Counted from the first letter of the stretch, positions 54,037 through 64,000 are shown. The stretch: DNA of 64,000 nucleotides from an uncultured Thermoleophilia bacterium (GCA_963741655.1 CAVUIQ010000009.1:223624-287623); one strand, 5' to 3'. Made by a program: numbers and translations. The notes: a model not told the origin generated them from the sequence alone.

Positions 54037-55722
54037 TCAGCTGACGGCATCGCCGGCCACGCGCCGGACCTCTTCGAGCGTCGTGATGCCGGCAACCGCG
54101 AGTCTCACGCCATCCTCGCGCAACGTGAACATCCCTTGCGAAATCGCCATTGCCTCGATCTCGCGCGTCGGCGCGTCGACGAGGTACGCAATCTCGTCGG
54201 TCATGGACAGAACCTCGAAGAGCGGCACACGTCCGCGGTACCCGGTTCCACCGCACTCATCGCATCCGACTGCCTTGTAGATGTTGAGCTCGCCGTAGTT
54301 GTCGGGAACGCGCAGTGCCCCCATCATCGATGCATCCGGGGTCGTCGGTTCGCAGCACGCCTGGCAGACGCGACGGGCGAGACGCTGGCCGATGATGCAG
54401 TTGATCGACGTCGCCAGAATGCTCGGCTCGATGTTCATGTCGCGGAGGCGCTGGATTGCGGAGGCGGCGGTTTGAGCGTGGAGCGTCGTGAGGACGAGGT
54501 GACCCGTCATCGCCGCTCGGAAGGCGATCTGCGCCGTTTCCTCGTCGCGAATCTCGCCGACGAGGAGAACGTCGGGATCCGAGCGCAATACGGTCCTGAG
54601 CCCGTTTGCGAAGCTCAGCCCAGCCCGAGGATTGACCTCGATCTGATCCAGGCCGGCTGCGCGGTACTCGACCGGATCCTCGATCGTGGTCAGCTGGCGA
54701 TCGGGGGTGTTCAGCATCTGAAGGCACGTGTAGAGCGTCGTGGTCTTTCCGGAGCCCGTGGGGCCGACGACGACGACGGCTCCGAACGGTTGTGAAATGG
54801 CGTGCTCGAGCGCGGCGCGACTTCGCGGCCACATCCCGAGAGCATCGAGTGACTCGGGCGCTTCGCCCTGCGAGAGGATGCGCAACGTCACCTTCTCTCC
54901 GTGTGTCGTCGGAAGGATCGCGATCCGTACGTCGATCGACTCGCCGTCTCGCTTGATCGAAACGCGACCGTCCTGTGGAGCGCGGCGTTCCGCAATGTCG
55001 AGGCCGCCCATGATCTTGAGCCGGCTCGAGACCGCGGCACCCTGTGAGCCGGCGATCGAGGTCAGCTCTCGCATCACCCCGTCGACGCGCACTCGTACGA
55101 AGAGACGCCGCTGCTGCGGCGTGAAGTGGATGTCCGAGGCACCGAGGTCGAGTGCTTTCGAGATGGCTCTGTTGATGAACGTGACGGCCGGTGTGTCGTG
55201 ATTCAGGTCGAGGACGGTCGCGTCGTCCTCGGTCTCCGCAGCGCTCGTGACCACGTCCTCGATATCGACGGTCGCCGTGTCGTTCAACTTCGTGATCGCC
55301 AACTCGATCGCGTCGGGCGCTGCGACGCACACGCGTACCGGCAGTCCGAGAGCGAGACGTAGGTCGTCCGAGAACATCACGTTCGTCGGATCGGAAACGG
55401 CGACCAGGACGTAGCCGTCATCCATGATCTTGATCGGGATCGCTCCGTACCGGCGCGCGAGATCTTCCGGCAAGAGTAGGGCTGCCTCGACCTCGATCGT
55501 CGGAATATCGAGCTCGACGAAGTCGAGGTCGTGCTGCTCGGCAAGGACTCGGGTTACCTGCAGGCGTGTTGCGAATCCGTTCGTGACGAGAATCTCGCCG
55601 AGGCGGAGCTCCGGCTTGATGCGCTTCTCGAGGAGGGCGATCTCGAGTTGTTCCGGCGTCACCGCGCCGTCCCGCACGAGGAGAGTCCCGAGAGCGGGCC
55701 ACGGATTCCTGGCTGCTTCCAT
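54037..55722 (-). CDS. PilB/GspE-family assembly ATPase with N-terminal MshEN domain
   Basis: ASDIH, LDIAERRAPQDGR, GPTGSGKTTT, TIEDPVE, LRSDPD..VGEIRD, GHLVLTTLH, CxxC...CxxC; tandem xLG/RLG repeats. Confidence 0.95.
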   Translation of the reverse strand: MEAARNPWPALGTLLVRDGAVTPEQLEIALLEKRIKPELRLGEILVTNGFATRLQVTRVLAEQHDLDFVELDIPTIEVEAALLLPEDLARRYGAIPIKIMDDGYVLVAVSDPTNVMFSDDLRLALGLPVRVCVAAPDAIELAITKLNDTATVDIEDVVTSAAETEDDATVLDLNHDTPAVTFINRAISKALDLGASDIHFTPQQRRLFVRVRVDGVMRELTSIAGSQGAAVSSRLKIMGGLDIAERRAPQDGRVSIKRDGESIDVRIAILPTTHGEKVTLRILSQGEAPESLDALGMWPRSRAALEHAISQPFGAVVVVGPTGSGKTTTLYTCLQMLNTPDRQLTTIEDPVEYRAAGLDQIEVNPRAGLSFANGLRTVLRSDPDVLLVGEIRDEETAQIAFRAAMTGHLVLTTLHAQTAASAIQRLRDMNIEPSILATSINCIIGQRLARRVCQACCEPTTPDASMMGALRVPDNYGELNIYKAVGCDECGGTGYRGRVPLFEVLSMTDEIAYLVDAPTREIEAMAISQGMFTLREDGVRLAVAGITTLEEVRRVAGDAVS

Positions 55723-55729
55723 GTGTGCC

Positions 55730-55758
55730 GTATCGGCAGCTCGACTCCCCTGGTTGAG
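55730..55758 (-). promoter_or_regulatory. Putative sigma28 (FliA/WhiG-type) promoter
   Basis: Minus strand CTCAA-N16-GCCGATAC ending 7 nt before the ATG of the ATPase. Confidence 0.65.
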
Positions 55759-55800
55759 GGATTCCGGTTGTGACTGCTCAGATTTCGCGAAACTGAAAGC

Positions 55801-56235
55801 GTGCGCGTCGTTATCCAACGAGTCAGCAGGGCGTCCGTCACGGTCGAGGGGGCAACCGTTGCGTCGGTCGGACGGGGGCTACTGATCCTGGTTGGTGTCG
55901 CGGCCGAGGATGATGAGCGCGATGCGGATGCGCTCGCGATCAAGAGCGCACGTCTCCGAATCTTCGAAGACGACGATCGCGGGTTCGAGCGTTCGATCAT
56001 CGACATCCGCGGAGAGGCGCTCGTGGTGAGCCAGTTCACACTCGTTGCCGATGTGACGCGCGGACAGCGCCCGAGCTTCTCGGGCGCTGCAACCCACGAG
56101 GATGCCAGAGCGATCTTCGAGCGCTTCTGCGCGACGCTCGCGTCGCAGGGCGTGCCGGTCGCAACGGGCGTGTTCGGCGCACGCATGAGCGTCGAGCTCG
56201 TCAACGACGGCCCGGTGACGCTCGTCGTCGGCTGA
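55801..56235 (+). CDS. dtd: D-aminoacyl-tRNA deacylase
   Basis: RVVIQRV, LRIF, VSQFTL, G.RPSF, NDGPVT. Confidence 0.95.
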   Translation: MRVVIQRVSRASVTVEGATVASVGRGLLILVGVAAEDDERDADALAIKSARLRIFEDDDRGFERSIIDIRGEALVVSQFTLVADVTRGQRPSFSGAATHEDARAIFERFCATLASQGVPVATGVFGARMSVELVNDGPVTLVVG

Positions 56236-56305
56236 TCTGGCTCTCGACTCAACCCTCGTGTCGACCCGGTGCTATCCTTCTCACACCGCATTTCAGGGCT
56301 TGACG

Positions 56306-56334
56306 AAATGGGCGCAAGAGCGCCCATTTTTGTT
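56306..56334 (+). promoter_or_regulatory. Terminator-like hairpin in the rimP-nusA leader
   Basis: AAATGGGCGC-AAGA-GCGCCCATTT followed by TTGTT, about 35 nt upstream of the rimP start. Confidence 0.65.
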
Positions 56335-56368
56335 GAGGAAACGTCGTCTCGACGGACGAGGAGACAGG

Positions 56369-56821
56369 GTGGCCGACATGCTCGCTACGGAACGGAAGCT
56401 CTCCCGGGACATCGTCCCGGCGGTCGAGCGCGCCGTCCCCGGGGTCGAGGTGCTCGCGGTCGAGCTCCTCTCTCCGAGCCGATTCTGCGTCTATGTCGAT
56501 CACGCAGCCGGTGTCGATCATGCGCTGTGCGCGCGCGTCACGGAGATCCTCTCCGGCTACCGGGGCACGTACACGATCGACGTGTCGTCTCCGGGCATGG
56601 ACCGTCCGCTCCGTCGACCGGAGCATTTCAGGGCCGCGATCGGCCAGGACGTTCAGATTCGCACCGCCGGCGAGATCTCCGGCAAGAAGAAGTTTCGCGG
56701 CCCCGTTGTGGCCGCGTCCGAACGGAGCCTCCGCATCGCCGACGGCGACGCTGAGCTCGACATCCCGTACGACGCAATCGTCCGGGGCAACCTGATCGAT
56801 GAGGGAGTGGTGACGTCATGA
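56369..56821 (+). CDS. rimP: Ribosome maturation factor RimP
   Basis: VYVDH..GVDH..C, YTIDVSSPGMDRPL; GAGGAG RBS; precedes nusA. Confidence 0.92.
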   Translation: MADMLATERKLSRDIVPAVERAVPGVEVLAVELLSPSRFCVYVDHAAGVDHALCARVTEILSGYRGTYTIDVSSPGMDRPLRRPEHFRAAIGQDVQIRTAGEISGKKKFRGPVVAASERSLRIADGDAELDIPYDAIVRGNLIDEGVVTS

Positions 56822-58335
56822 CCGCTGAAATCATGGAAGGCATCCGCACGATCGAGCGCGAGAAGGGCATAGAGGCGGGCACGCTCGTTGCGGCGCTCGA
56901 GGACGCTCTGCTTGCGGCGTACAAGAAGACCCCGGGCGCGTCCCGTCACGCCGAGGTGATCCTCGACGACGAGGGTGACTTCAGAGTCTTCTCGATCGAG
57001 ATCCCGGCAGATCTCGAGGAGCGCCTCGTCGACGAAGCGCGCGAGGCAGCGATCGACGAGCTCGAGCGGATCGAGGAGGAGACGGGCGAGCGACAGCACA
57101 CGCTGATCAGCGACGCCGACCTCGAGCTCGACTGGGAGCAGGTTCCCGAGGATCTGATGGTTCGCGCCGACGCGACGCCGGAGGGCTTCGGGCGTATTGC
57201 CGCGATGACGGCCAAGCAGGTCATCCAGCAGCGCATCCGCGAGGCAGAGCGGGCGATGATGTACGACGAGTACATCGATCGTCAGGGCGAGGTCGTCACC
57301 GGCATCGTGCAGCAGGCCGGCGATCGCAACAACGTGCTCGTCGACCTCGGTCGGGTCGAGGCGCTCCTGCCGCGGTCGGAGCAGGTCGACGGCGAGCGCT
57401 ATGAGCAGGGCTCACGGATCAAGGCCGTGATCACCGAGGTCCGGTCGGGCACGAAGGGGCCACAGGTGATCCTCTCGCGCCGTGATCCCGAGCTCATCAA
57501 GACCCTGTTCGAGCTCGAGGTGCCCGAGATCGCCGACGGTCTCGTCGAGATCCGCGGCGTCGCTCGTGAGCCGGGCTACCGCTCGAAGATCGCCGTCGAG
57601 TCGCACACCCAGGGCGTGGATCCCGTTGGTGCCTGTGTGGGGCCGCGCGGTTCGCGCGTCCGCATGGTCGTTTCCGAGTTGCGCGGCGAAAAGATCGACA
57701 TCATCCCGTGGAACTCCGAGCCCGCTCGGTTCGTTGCAAAGGCGCTCTCGCCGGCTCGCGTGCGCGAGGTCTACATCGACGATGACACGCGCGAGGCGAC
57801 CGTCGTCGTCCCCGACGACCAGCTTGCGCTCGCGATCGGGAAGGAGGGGCTCAACGCCCGGCTCGCCGCACGGCTCACCGGATGGAAGGTCGATATCCAG
57901 TCGGACACCGAGTTTGCAAAGGCCGAGGCGGAAGCCGCCTACGCCGGCGAGGACGACACGCAGGAGTTCTCCGGACGCTGTGCAGCGATGCTCTCGAACG
58001 GCAAGCGCTGCCCGAACGCCGCGCTCCCCGGCTCGCACTACTGCGGTGTCCCCGCACACCAGGAGCTCCACGGCACTGCTCCTCCTGCTGAGCTCCCGGA
58101 CGACGACGCCGACGAGATCGATGACGCGGTGGTGGAGGTCGTCGCCGAGGTTGCCGAGGCGGAGGCCGTGCTCGACGCGATCGTCGAGGAGGCCGTCGCA
58201 GCAGGTGATCTGACGGTTGAGGAGGGCGTCGCCCTCGAGGAAGCGATCGAGGAGGCGGCCGTTGAGGTCGCAGCCGAGGAGATCGCAGCAGCCGTTGCCG
58301 AGATCGCCGAGGAGGACGAGTCTCCTGCCGCATGA
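56818..58335 (+). CDS. nusA: Transcription factor NusA with C-terminal Cys/His motif and acidic tail
   Basis: FGRIAAMTAKQVI, FELEVPEI, AREPGYRSKIAV, GACVG.RGSR, AIGKEG.NARLA. Confidence 0.97.
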   Translation: MTAEIMEGIRTIEREKGIEAGTLVAALEDALLAAYKKTPGASRHAEVILDDEGDFRVFSIEIPADLEERLVDEAREAAIDELERIEEETGERQHTLISDADLELDWEQVPEDLMVRADATPEGFGRIAAMTAKQVIQQRIREAERAMMYDEYIDRQGEVVTGIVQQAGDRNNVLVDLGRVEALLPRSEQVDGERYEQGSRIKAVITEVRSGTKGPQVILSRRDPELIKTLFELEVPEIADGLVEIRGVAREPGYRSKIAVESHTQGVDPVGACVGPRGSRVRMVVSELRGEKIDIIPWNSEPARFVAKALSPARVREVYIDDDTREATVVVPDDQLALAIGKEGLNARLAARLTGWKVDIQSDTEFAKAEAEAAYAGEDDTQEFSGRCAAMLSNGKRCPNAALPGSHYCGVPAHQELHGTAPPAELPDDDADEIDDAVVEVVAEVAEAEAVLDAIVEEAVAAGDLTVEEGVALEEAIEEAAVEVAAEEIAAAVAEIAEEDESPAA

Positions 58336-58577
58336 CGGCCTCGCCGGAGAGGACGTGCGTGGGCTGTGGGCGCAAGGCGCCACAGGCCGAGCTGTTGCGC
58401 TTCGGCTCCGTCGACGGTCGGCTGACGGTCGGCCGAGCGCTTCCCGGCAGGGGTGTCTACACCTGCCGGAGGCTCGTGTGTTTCGAGCGAGCCGCCGCCT
58501 CGCGCGGCTTCAACAGGGTGCTGCGTCGCACGGTGCTCGTCGAGCCGGAACTCGCGCGCCACTACACTGACAGCTGA
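58332..58577 (+). CDS. YlxR-family RNA-binding protein
   Basis: PERTCVGC, LLRF, GRGVYTC; between nusA and infB. Confidence 0.9.
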   Translation: MTASPERTCVGCGRKAPQAELLRFGSVDGRLTVGRALPGRGVYTCRRLVCFERAAASRGFNRVLRRTVLVEPELARHYTDS

Positions 58578-60589
58578 TGGCAGACGAACCCAACAAGCCA
58601 AGTCGTCCGATCCGCCCTCGCGGAGGCCCCTCCGGGCGGAAGCGGCGCGTCGTCATCGACGGTGGAAACACCCGCGGACGCGACGGTCGTCAGGCGCGAG
58701 ATCGCGGCGCCTCGCAGGAGACGCAGTCGAGGCAGCAGCCGGTCGCGGCTCCCACGGGTCCAGTCACGGTCCCCTCGGGAGTCAGCGTCAAGGATCTCTC
58801 AGCTGCGCTTGGAATCACCGTCGCGCAGATCATCAAGATCATGATGGGCCTCGGAGAGATGGTCACGATCACGCAGTCGCTGAGCGACGACTCCGTCTTG
58901 CTGATCGCCACCGAGGTCGACCGCGAGGTCGTGATCAAGCACGCCGCGGACGACGACACGGAGCCCGAAATCTTCGAGGACTCGGACGCTGACCTCGCAG
59001 CGCGTCCGCCGGTCGTCACGATCATGGGTCACGTCGATCATGGCAAGACCACCCTTCTCGATGCAATCCGCGAGACGTCGGTGGTCGATACCGAGGCCGG
59101 TGGGATCACGCAGCACATTGGTGCCTACCAGGCCGTCCTCGACGGACGCCGAATCACCTTTCTCGATACCCCCGGCCATGAGGCGTTCACTGCCATGCGC
59201 GCCCGCGGTGCGAAGGTGACAGACATTGCGATCCTCGTCGTCGCAGCGGATGACGGAGTCATGCCGCAGACGCGTGAGTCGATTTCGCATGCGCGCGCTG
59301 CCGGCGTGCCGATCGTGGTCGCCGTCAACAAGATCGACGTCCCGAACGCCAACCTCGACCGCGTCCGCTCCGAGCTCGCCACCGAAGGCCTGCAGCCCGA
59401 GGAGTGGGGCGGCACGACGCAGTTTGCAGAAGTCTCCGCCAAGCAGCGGCTCAACCTCGACGAACTGCTCGAGAAGCTCTTGCTCGTTGCGGACGCCGAG
59501 CTCGATCTCCGCGCCAATCCTTCTGTCGAGGCATCTGGTCCCATTATCGAGTCAAGGCTCGACGTCGGACGCGGCCCGGTCGCAACGATGCTCGTGCATC
59601 GCGGCACGTTGCGCGTCGGCGACGCGATCGTTGCAGGTGACGCGTCAGGCAAGGTCAGGGCGCTCTACGACTACAAGGGCGAGAAGGTGAGAGAGGCGCG
59701 CCCGGGTGAGCCGGTCGAGATCCTCGGCTTCGATCGCCCGCCGCCGGCAGGCGAACTCGCGCGCGTTGTCGAGCATGAGCGCCTCGCAAAGGACATCGCC
59801 CAGAAGCGGGCGGGGCGTCTCCGACGGGAGCAGCTCGCGCAGCGCTCGAAGCGCGGCGTCTCGCTCGAGAGCCTCTTCTCGCAGCTCCAGGAGGGCGTCG
59901 TGCAGGACCTCAACATCGTCCTCAAGGGCGATGTTCAGGGATCCGTCGAGGCATTGCTCGGCGAGCTCGGAAAGATCCAGCACTCCGAGGTCCGCGTCAA
60001 CGTGATCCACACGGGTGTCGGCGGCATCACCGAGAACGACATCAACCTTGCGTCTGCGTCGAATGCGCTCGTGATCGGCTTCAACGTTCGCCCGAGCGCC
60101 GAGGCTCGCGCCCTTGCCGATCGCGAAGGCGTGGATATCCGCACCTACCGTGTCATCTATCAGCTCACAGACGAGATCCAGCAGGCACTCGTCGGCATGC
60201 TCTCGCCGGTGCAGACCGAGGAGACGTTGGGCGAGGCCGAGGTGCGCGCTCTCTTCAAGGTCTCGCGCCTGGGCACGATTGCAGGCTGCATGGTGACAAG
60301 CGGCTCGATCCGGCGCAACGCGCAGGTGCGGGTTGTGCGAGACGGTACGGAGATCTACGACACGTCGATCTCGCAGCTGAAGCGGTTCAAGGATGACGCG
60401 CGCGAGGTCACCGAGGGCTTCGAGTGCGGGATCCTGCTCGAGGGATACAACGACCTCAAGGAGGGCGACATCCTCGAGGCCTACGAGACGAAGCAGGTCG
60501 AGCGCACCGATCTCGCCGAGACCGTGCGCCCGCCGGCTGCTGTCGCCGATTCGGCTGACGCAGCAGCTGACGACGCCGACGACGAGTGA
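58577..60589 (+). CDS. infB: Translation initiation factor IF-2
   Basis: [54 protein letters not shown]. Confidence 0.98.
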   Translation: MADEPNKPSRPIRPRGGPSGRKRRVVIDGGNTRGRDGRQARDRGASQETQSRQQPVAAPTGPVTVPSGVSVKDLSAALGITVAQIIKIMMGLGEMVTITQSLSDDSVLLIATEVDREVVIKHAADDDTEPEIFEDSDADLAARPPVVTIMGHVDHGKTTLLDAIRETSVVDTEAGGITQHIGAYQAVLDGRRITFLDTPGHEAFTAMRARGAKVTDIAILVVAADDGVMPQTRESISHARAAGVPIVVAVNKIDVPNANLDRVRSELATEGLQPEEWGGTTQFAEVSAKQRLNLDELLEKLLLVADAELDLRANPSVEASGPIIESRLDVGRGPVATMLVHRGTLRVGDAIVAGDASGKVRALYDYKGEKVREARPGEPVEILGFDRPPPAGELARVVEHERLAKDIAQKRAGRLRREQLAQRSKRGVSLESLFSQLQEGVVQDLNIVLKGDVQGSVEALLGELGKIQHSEVRVNVIHTGVGGITENDINLASASNALVIGFNVRPSAEARALADREGVDIRTYRVIYQLTDEIQQALVGMLSPVQTEETLGEAEVRALFKVSRLGTIAGCMVTSGSIRRNAQVRVVRDGTEIYDTSISQLKRFKDDAREVTEGFECGILLEGYNDLKEGDILEAYETKQVERTDLAETVRPPAAVADSADAAADDADDE

Positions 60590-60672
60590 CACGGCCGGCC
60601 GCCTCGGCCGTCCGTCTCCCGGCGAGCTCAGCGAACGATCGCAACGACCGCAACGACCGCTTGAATAGGGCC

Positions 60673-60972
60673 ATGGCGACCGGCTTCATCGGCATCTACA
60701 CGTTCGAGCTCCTCTTCCCGGAAAGCCACTCGCTGAAGGAGAAGCGCATGTATCTCCGTTCGGTCAAGGCGCAGCTGGTCAACCGCGTTGCTTGCTCCAT
60801 CGCAGAGGTCGATCACCACGACGTCTGGCAGCGATCGCAGCTGACTCTCGCGTGTGTGGCGCGCGAGGCGGGGGAGGTCGATCGGCTGCTGGATACTGCT
60901 GAGCGGTGGCTCCTGACCCAGGACTTCGAGCTGATCTCGCATGAACGGGATCTCGTGTCGCTCGATGACTAG
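60673..60972 (+). CDS. DUF503 (YlxP-like) protein
   Basis: HSLKEKR, SIAEVDHHDVWQR; between infB and rbfA. Confidence 0.88.
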   Translation: MATGFIGIYTFELLFPESHSLKEKRMYLRSVKAQLVNRVACSIAEVDHHDVWQRSQLTLACVAREAGEVDRLLDTAERWLLTQDFELISHERDLVSLDD

Positions 60973-61033
60973 CGCCGTCCCTCAATGCGTCCTGGCGGTC
61001 TGCCCCGCAAGCGGGTGGGGTTTCCTCTCCCTA

Positions 61034-61060
61034 CGGGGACACGCTGCGCCGGTCCCCGAC
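61034..61060 (-). repeat. Family C repeat variant with a GTCG head
   Basis: Minus strand GTCGGGGACCGGCGCAGCGTGTCCCCG. Confidence 0.5.
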
Positions 61061-61110
61061 GCCGATCCGCTGTCGGCGCCATGGAAGAAGCTCCCCTGGA
61101 GCCGATCCCG

Positions 61111-61500
61111 ATGACGCGGAACCCTTCACGATCGCCGCGGATGCGCCGTGTCGACGAGGCGATCAAGGCAGTCGTCTCCGAGACGATCCCCACGCTGAAG
61201 GATCCGCGGATCGGTTTCGTCACGGTGACGGGCGTCGTCACGACCTCCGACCTCGCGCAGGCAACCGTGTGGCTGAGCGTCTATGGCGGAGAGAAGCGTC
61301 GACAGGCGACGCTGACGGCGCTCGAAGGTGCAGCCGGCATCCTCCAGGCGCGGGTCAATCACGACCTTCGTTTGCGCCGCACTCCTCATCTCGTCTTCCA
61401 ATACGATCCGTCGGTCGAGGACGGCGTTCGGATGTCGAAGCTGATCGACGAGCTCGACCCAGGCCCCGAAGAGGTGACCGCGGATGACGACGACAAGTGA
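61111..61500 (+). CDS. rbfA: Ribosome-binding factor A
   Basis: RMRRV, LKDPRIGFVTVTGV...DL, LRRTPHLVFQYD. Confidence 0.95.
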   Translation: MTRNPSRSPRMRRVDEAIKAVVSETIPTLKDPRIGFVTVTGVVTTSDLAQATVWLSVYGGEKRRQATLTALEGAAGILQARVNHDLRLRRTPHLVFQYDPSVEDGVRMSKLIDELDPGPEEVTADDDDK

Positions 61501-62479
61501 CATCACAGCCGTCGCCGACGCGCTTCGTACGCACGAGCGGTTCATCGTCACCTCACACGAGAATCCCGATGGGGATGCTCTTGGGTCGTTGCTCGCCATG
61601 CACCTCGCGCTCGTCGAGCTCGGTAAGGACAGCGTGATGGTGCTCGTCGGTGACTCGCCGCTCCCGGCCGAGTACGGGTTCCTCGACGTCGTCGGGGCCG
61701 GGCTTCTCCGTGCGATTCCGGAGGATCACGTCGACCGGGTGCTCGTCGCGGTCGACTGCGCTCAGGAGACACGCCTGACAGACGCGCGACTGCTTCACGC
61801 GCCCCTGGTCGTCAACATCGACCATCATCACGACAACACGCGGTTTGGGGGCGTCAATCTCGTGGCCGACGGCGCTTCGTCGACTGCCGAGGTGCTCGCA
61901 GACGTCCTCGCCGAACTCGGCTTGTCCCTGACGCCGGCGATCGCCGAGGCTCTGTACACCGGGCTCGTCACTGATACGGGGCGGTTCCAGTACTCGAACA
62001 CGACACCCAAGGCTCTCAACCTTGCAGCCGATCTCGTCGAGGCACGAGCAAACCCGCAGCGCGTCTTTCAGTCCGTCTACGAGTCCATGCCCTTTCCGAA
62101 GCTGAAGCTCCTCGCGCGCGCACTCGAGCGAGCGTCGCTCCATGCCGACGGCCGCGTCGTCATCTCCTATCTCGTCCGAGGAGACTTCTCTGACGTCGAC
62201 GCGCTGGAGCCGTACTCGGAGGGAATCATCGACGTCTTGCGCGCCGTCGAAGGCGTCGAACTCGGGGCGCTCATTCGCGAGCAGCTTCGCGATGATGGCC
62301 CGGCCCGGAAGGTCTCGCTCCGCTCGTCGACCGAGAGGGTCGACGTGTCTGCGATCGCGCGGAAGTCGAACGGAGGTGGGCACCGTCAGGCAGCGGGGTT
62401 CTCGAGCGACCTCCCGCTCGACGACGTGATCGCGTTCATCGTTGCGGAGTTCGCTGCGCTCCCCGCACCGGCCGGCTGA
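61484..62479 (+). CDS. nrnA: DHH-family oligoribonuclease / PAP phosphatase
   Basis: HENPDGDALGS, VDC, NIDHHHDN, TDTGRF, KVSLRS, GGGHRQAAG. Confidence 0.92.
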   Translation: MTTTSDITAVADALRTHERFIVTSHENPDGDALGSLLAMHLALVELGKDSVMVLVGDSPLPAEYGFLDVVGAGLLRAIPEDHVDRVLVAVDCAQETRLTDARLLHAPLVVNIDHHHDNTRFGGVNLVADGASSTAEVLADVLAELGLSLTPAIAEALYTGLVTDTGRFQYSNTTPKALNLAADLVEARANPQRVFQSVYESMPFPKLKLLARALERASLHADGRVVISYLVRGDFSDVDALEPYSEGIIDVLRAVEGVELGALIREQLRDDGPARKVSLRSSTERVDVSAIARKSNGGGHRQAAGFSSDLPLDDVIAFIVAEFAALPAPAG

Positions 62480-62493
62480 GTCGAGCTGACGTC

Positions 62494-63317
62494 ATGGCGA
62501 TTCCCAAGGGCCTCGATCCGACCGGCGTGATCCTCGTCGACAAGCCCGCTGGGCCTTCGTCGTTCGCCGTCCTCGCGGGTGTGCGGGCCCGCACGCGGGC
62601 GAAGACAGGTCATGCGGGCACACTCGACCCGTTTGCCACCGGCCTTCTGCTGTTGTTGTCCGGTAGGGCAACTAGACTCGCGTCATGCTTTGTCGGTCTC
62701 CCCAAGCGCTACCTCACAGACGTCGACCTCTCGTTCAGGACGACGACGGGCGATCCCGAGGGCGACCCGCTCGAGGTGCACGAACCGCCGGGCCTTGCCG
62801 AGCTCGAGGCGTCGCTCGCGGCCCTCCGCGGTGACGTCGAGCTGCCGATCCCCACGGCGTCCGCCGTGAAGATCGGTGGCGAGCGCGCGTATCGCCTGCA
62901 TCGCAAGGGCGTCGAGGTCGAGATGCCCATGCGTCGCTCTCGCGTCGATGCGCTCGACGTCATCGCGTATACAGACGGCATCGTCACGCTCGACGTAGCC
63001 GTCAGCTCGGGGACGTATGTCCGCTCGATCGCGGATGTGCTCGGCGGGCATTGCACGGCGCTGCGGCGAACGGAAGTCGGGCCGTTCGCGATCGCGGAGG
63101 CCGACGCCGAGCGGGTGATCACGATCGAGGAGGCACTCGGGCGGGTCGGCCTCACGCTCGCGCAAGCCGACGCCGACCGCCGAAGCCGGGCAGACGGCGA
63201 TCGCACCCGTGCGGCGGCGCAGGCAGCGCTCGCGGCTGCGGAACTCGGGCGCGAGTCGGCGGGAGCGCAGTCTGTCCGGAGTGGCGGCGAGCACGCGCCG
63301 AGGCCGAGGCCAACTGA
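62494..63317 (+). CDS. truB: tRNA pseudouridine(55) synthase (absent from the ORF track because the frame has no stop; probable frameshift near the 3' end)
   Basis: From ATG 62494: LVDKPAGPSSF, GHAGTLDPFATGLL, KRY, SAVKIGGERAY, SSGTYVRS, LRRTEVGPF. Confidence 0.92.
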
Positions 63318-64000
63318 TGCGCATCGCGCACGCCCCGGGGCAGCTCGAGCGGCAGCCGCGTGCGGTTGCGATCGGGACCTTCGACGGCGTCCATCGAGGT
63401 CACCGGAGCGTCGTCCAGGCTGCGATCGACACGGGCCTCGCGCCGACCGTGATCACGTTCGACCCGCATCCACGCATCGCGCTCGGGAACCACGTCGAGC
63501 TGATCTCGACGCTCGAACGACGACTGGAGCTGCTCGAGGAGGCCGGGGCGGAGGCGACGCTGATCGCGTCCTTCACGCCGGAGCTGATGGCGCTCGAGCC
63601 CGAGGTGTTCGCGGAGCGGTACCTCCGAGGCATCGGAGCCGAGGCGGTCGCCGCCGGCGAGAACTTCCGTTTCGGCGCGCGGCGTCGCGGCGACCTCGCG
63701 ACTGCTGGAGCGACTCGGCTTCGACATTCTCGAGGTGGAGATGGTTCCGGATGTCTCGTCGTCGGCGATTCGGCAGGCCCTTCACGAGGGCGACGTGCGC
63801 GGGGCGGCGGCGATGCTCGGCCGGCCCTACGAGCTCGACGGCATCGTCGTCGCCGGTGATCAGCGTGGTGGCACCCTCGGGTATCCGACCGCGAACCTCG
63901 CTCTCGATCCGCACGCCGTGTGCCCGCGCTATGGCATCTACGCCGGCGCGGCTCTCGACCACCGTGCGGCTCTCTCGATCGGTACGAACCCGCACTACGG
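63317..64000 (+). CDS. ribF: Bifunctional riboflavin kinase / FAD synthetase (frameshift near 63701; runs off the window end)
   Basis: IGTFDGVHRGH, TFDPHP, GENFRFG, VSSSAIR, LGRPY, LGYPTANL, SIGTNP. Confidence 0.95.

Noticed and set aside
60634-60660. Three tandem 9-mers (AACGATCGC AACGACCGC AACGACCGC) after infB
   Set aside because: Too short to assign a function; likely slippage in an intergenic spacer.
62494-64000. truB-ribF fusion suggested by the missing truB stop
   Set aside because: The open truB frame is not either ribF coding frame; a TGA overlapping the ribF ATG at 63315-63317 suggests a simple indel.

Overview
High-GC bacterial core-chromosome segment. The gene set, GAAC-N4-GTTC SOS box, alpha2-type GlyRS and SteA/SteB suggest a deep-branching actinobacterium such as Thermoleophilia/Gaiellales (inference). 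It is mostly housekeeping: aroC-aroKB-aroQ-Xaa-Pro peptidase-efp-[carboxyltransferase-like/accB]-accC-asp23-nusB-ispA-tlyA-nadK-recN-steA-steB-GT-pyrG-peptidase T-like-DUF3866-ald-deoB-pdp-mutM, recO, glyQS, PDRP-ppdK, photolyase, an imuB/dnaE2 mutasome cassette, a lone PilB/GspE ATPase, dtd and the rimP-nusA-ylxR-infB-rbfA-nrnA-truB-ribF operon. About 16 genes carry single-base frameshifts, including normally essential ones, which points to uncorrected long-read errors. I saw no rRNA, tRNA, CRISPR array, transposase, prophage or defence island. The best candidates for undescribed biology are: (1) a pyruvate-carboxylase/OadA-type carboxyltransferase barrel that has lost its metal ligands and is fused to AccB; (2) a split, ImuA-less mutasome whose ImuB C-terminal-like module is a separate REP-flanked gene, with dnaE2 cut off by two antisense genes; (3) a sigma28/WhiG-type promoter driving a lone MshEN-PilB ATPase; (4) a GT2/MraY-like fusion after steAB; (5) families of GTAG REP-like repeats, one nested, plus a CTAG-flanked MITE. 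All calls come from motif recognition by eye; no database searches were run.
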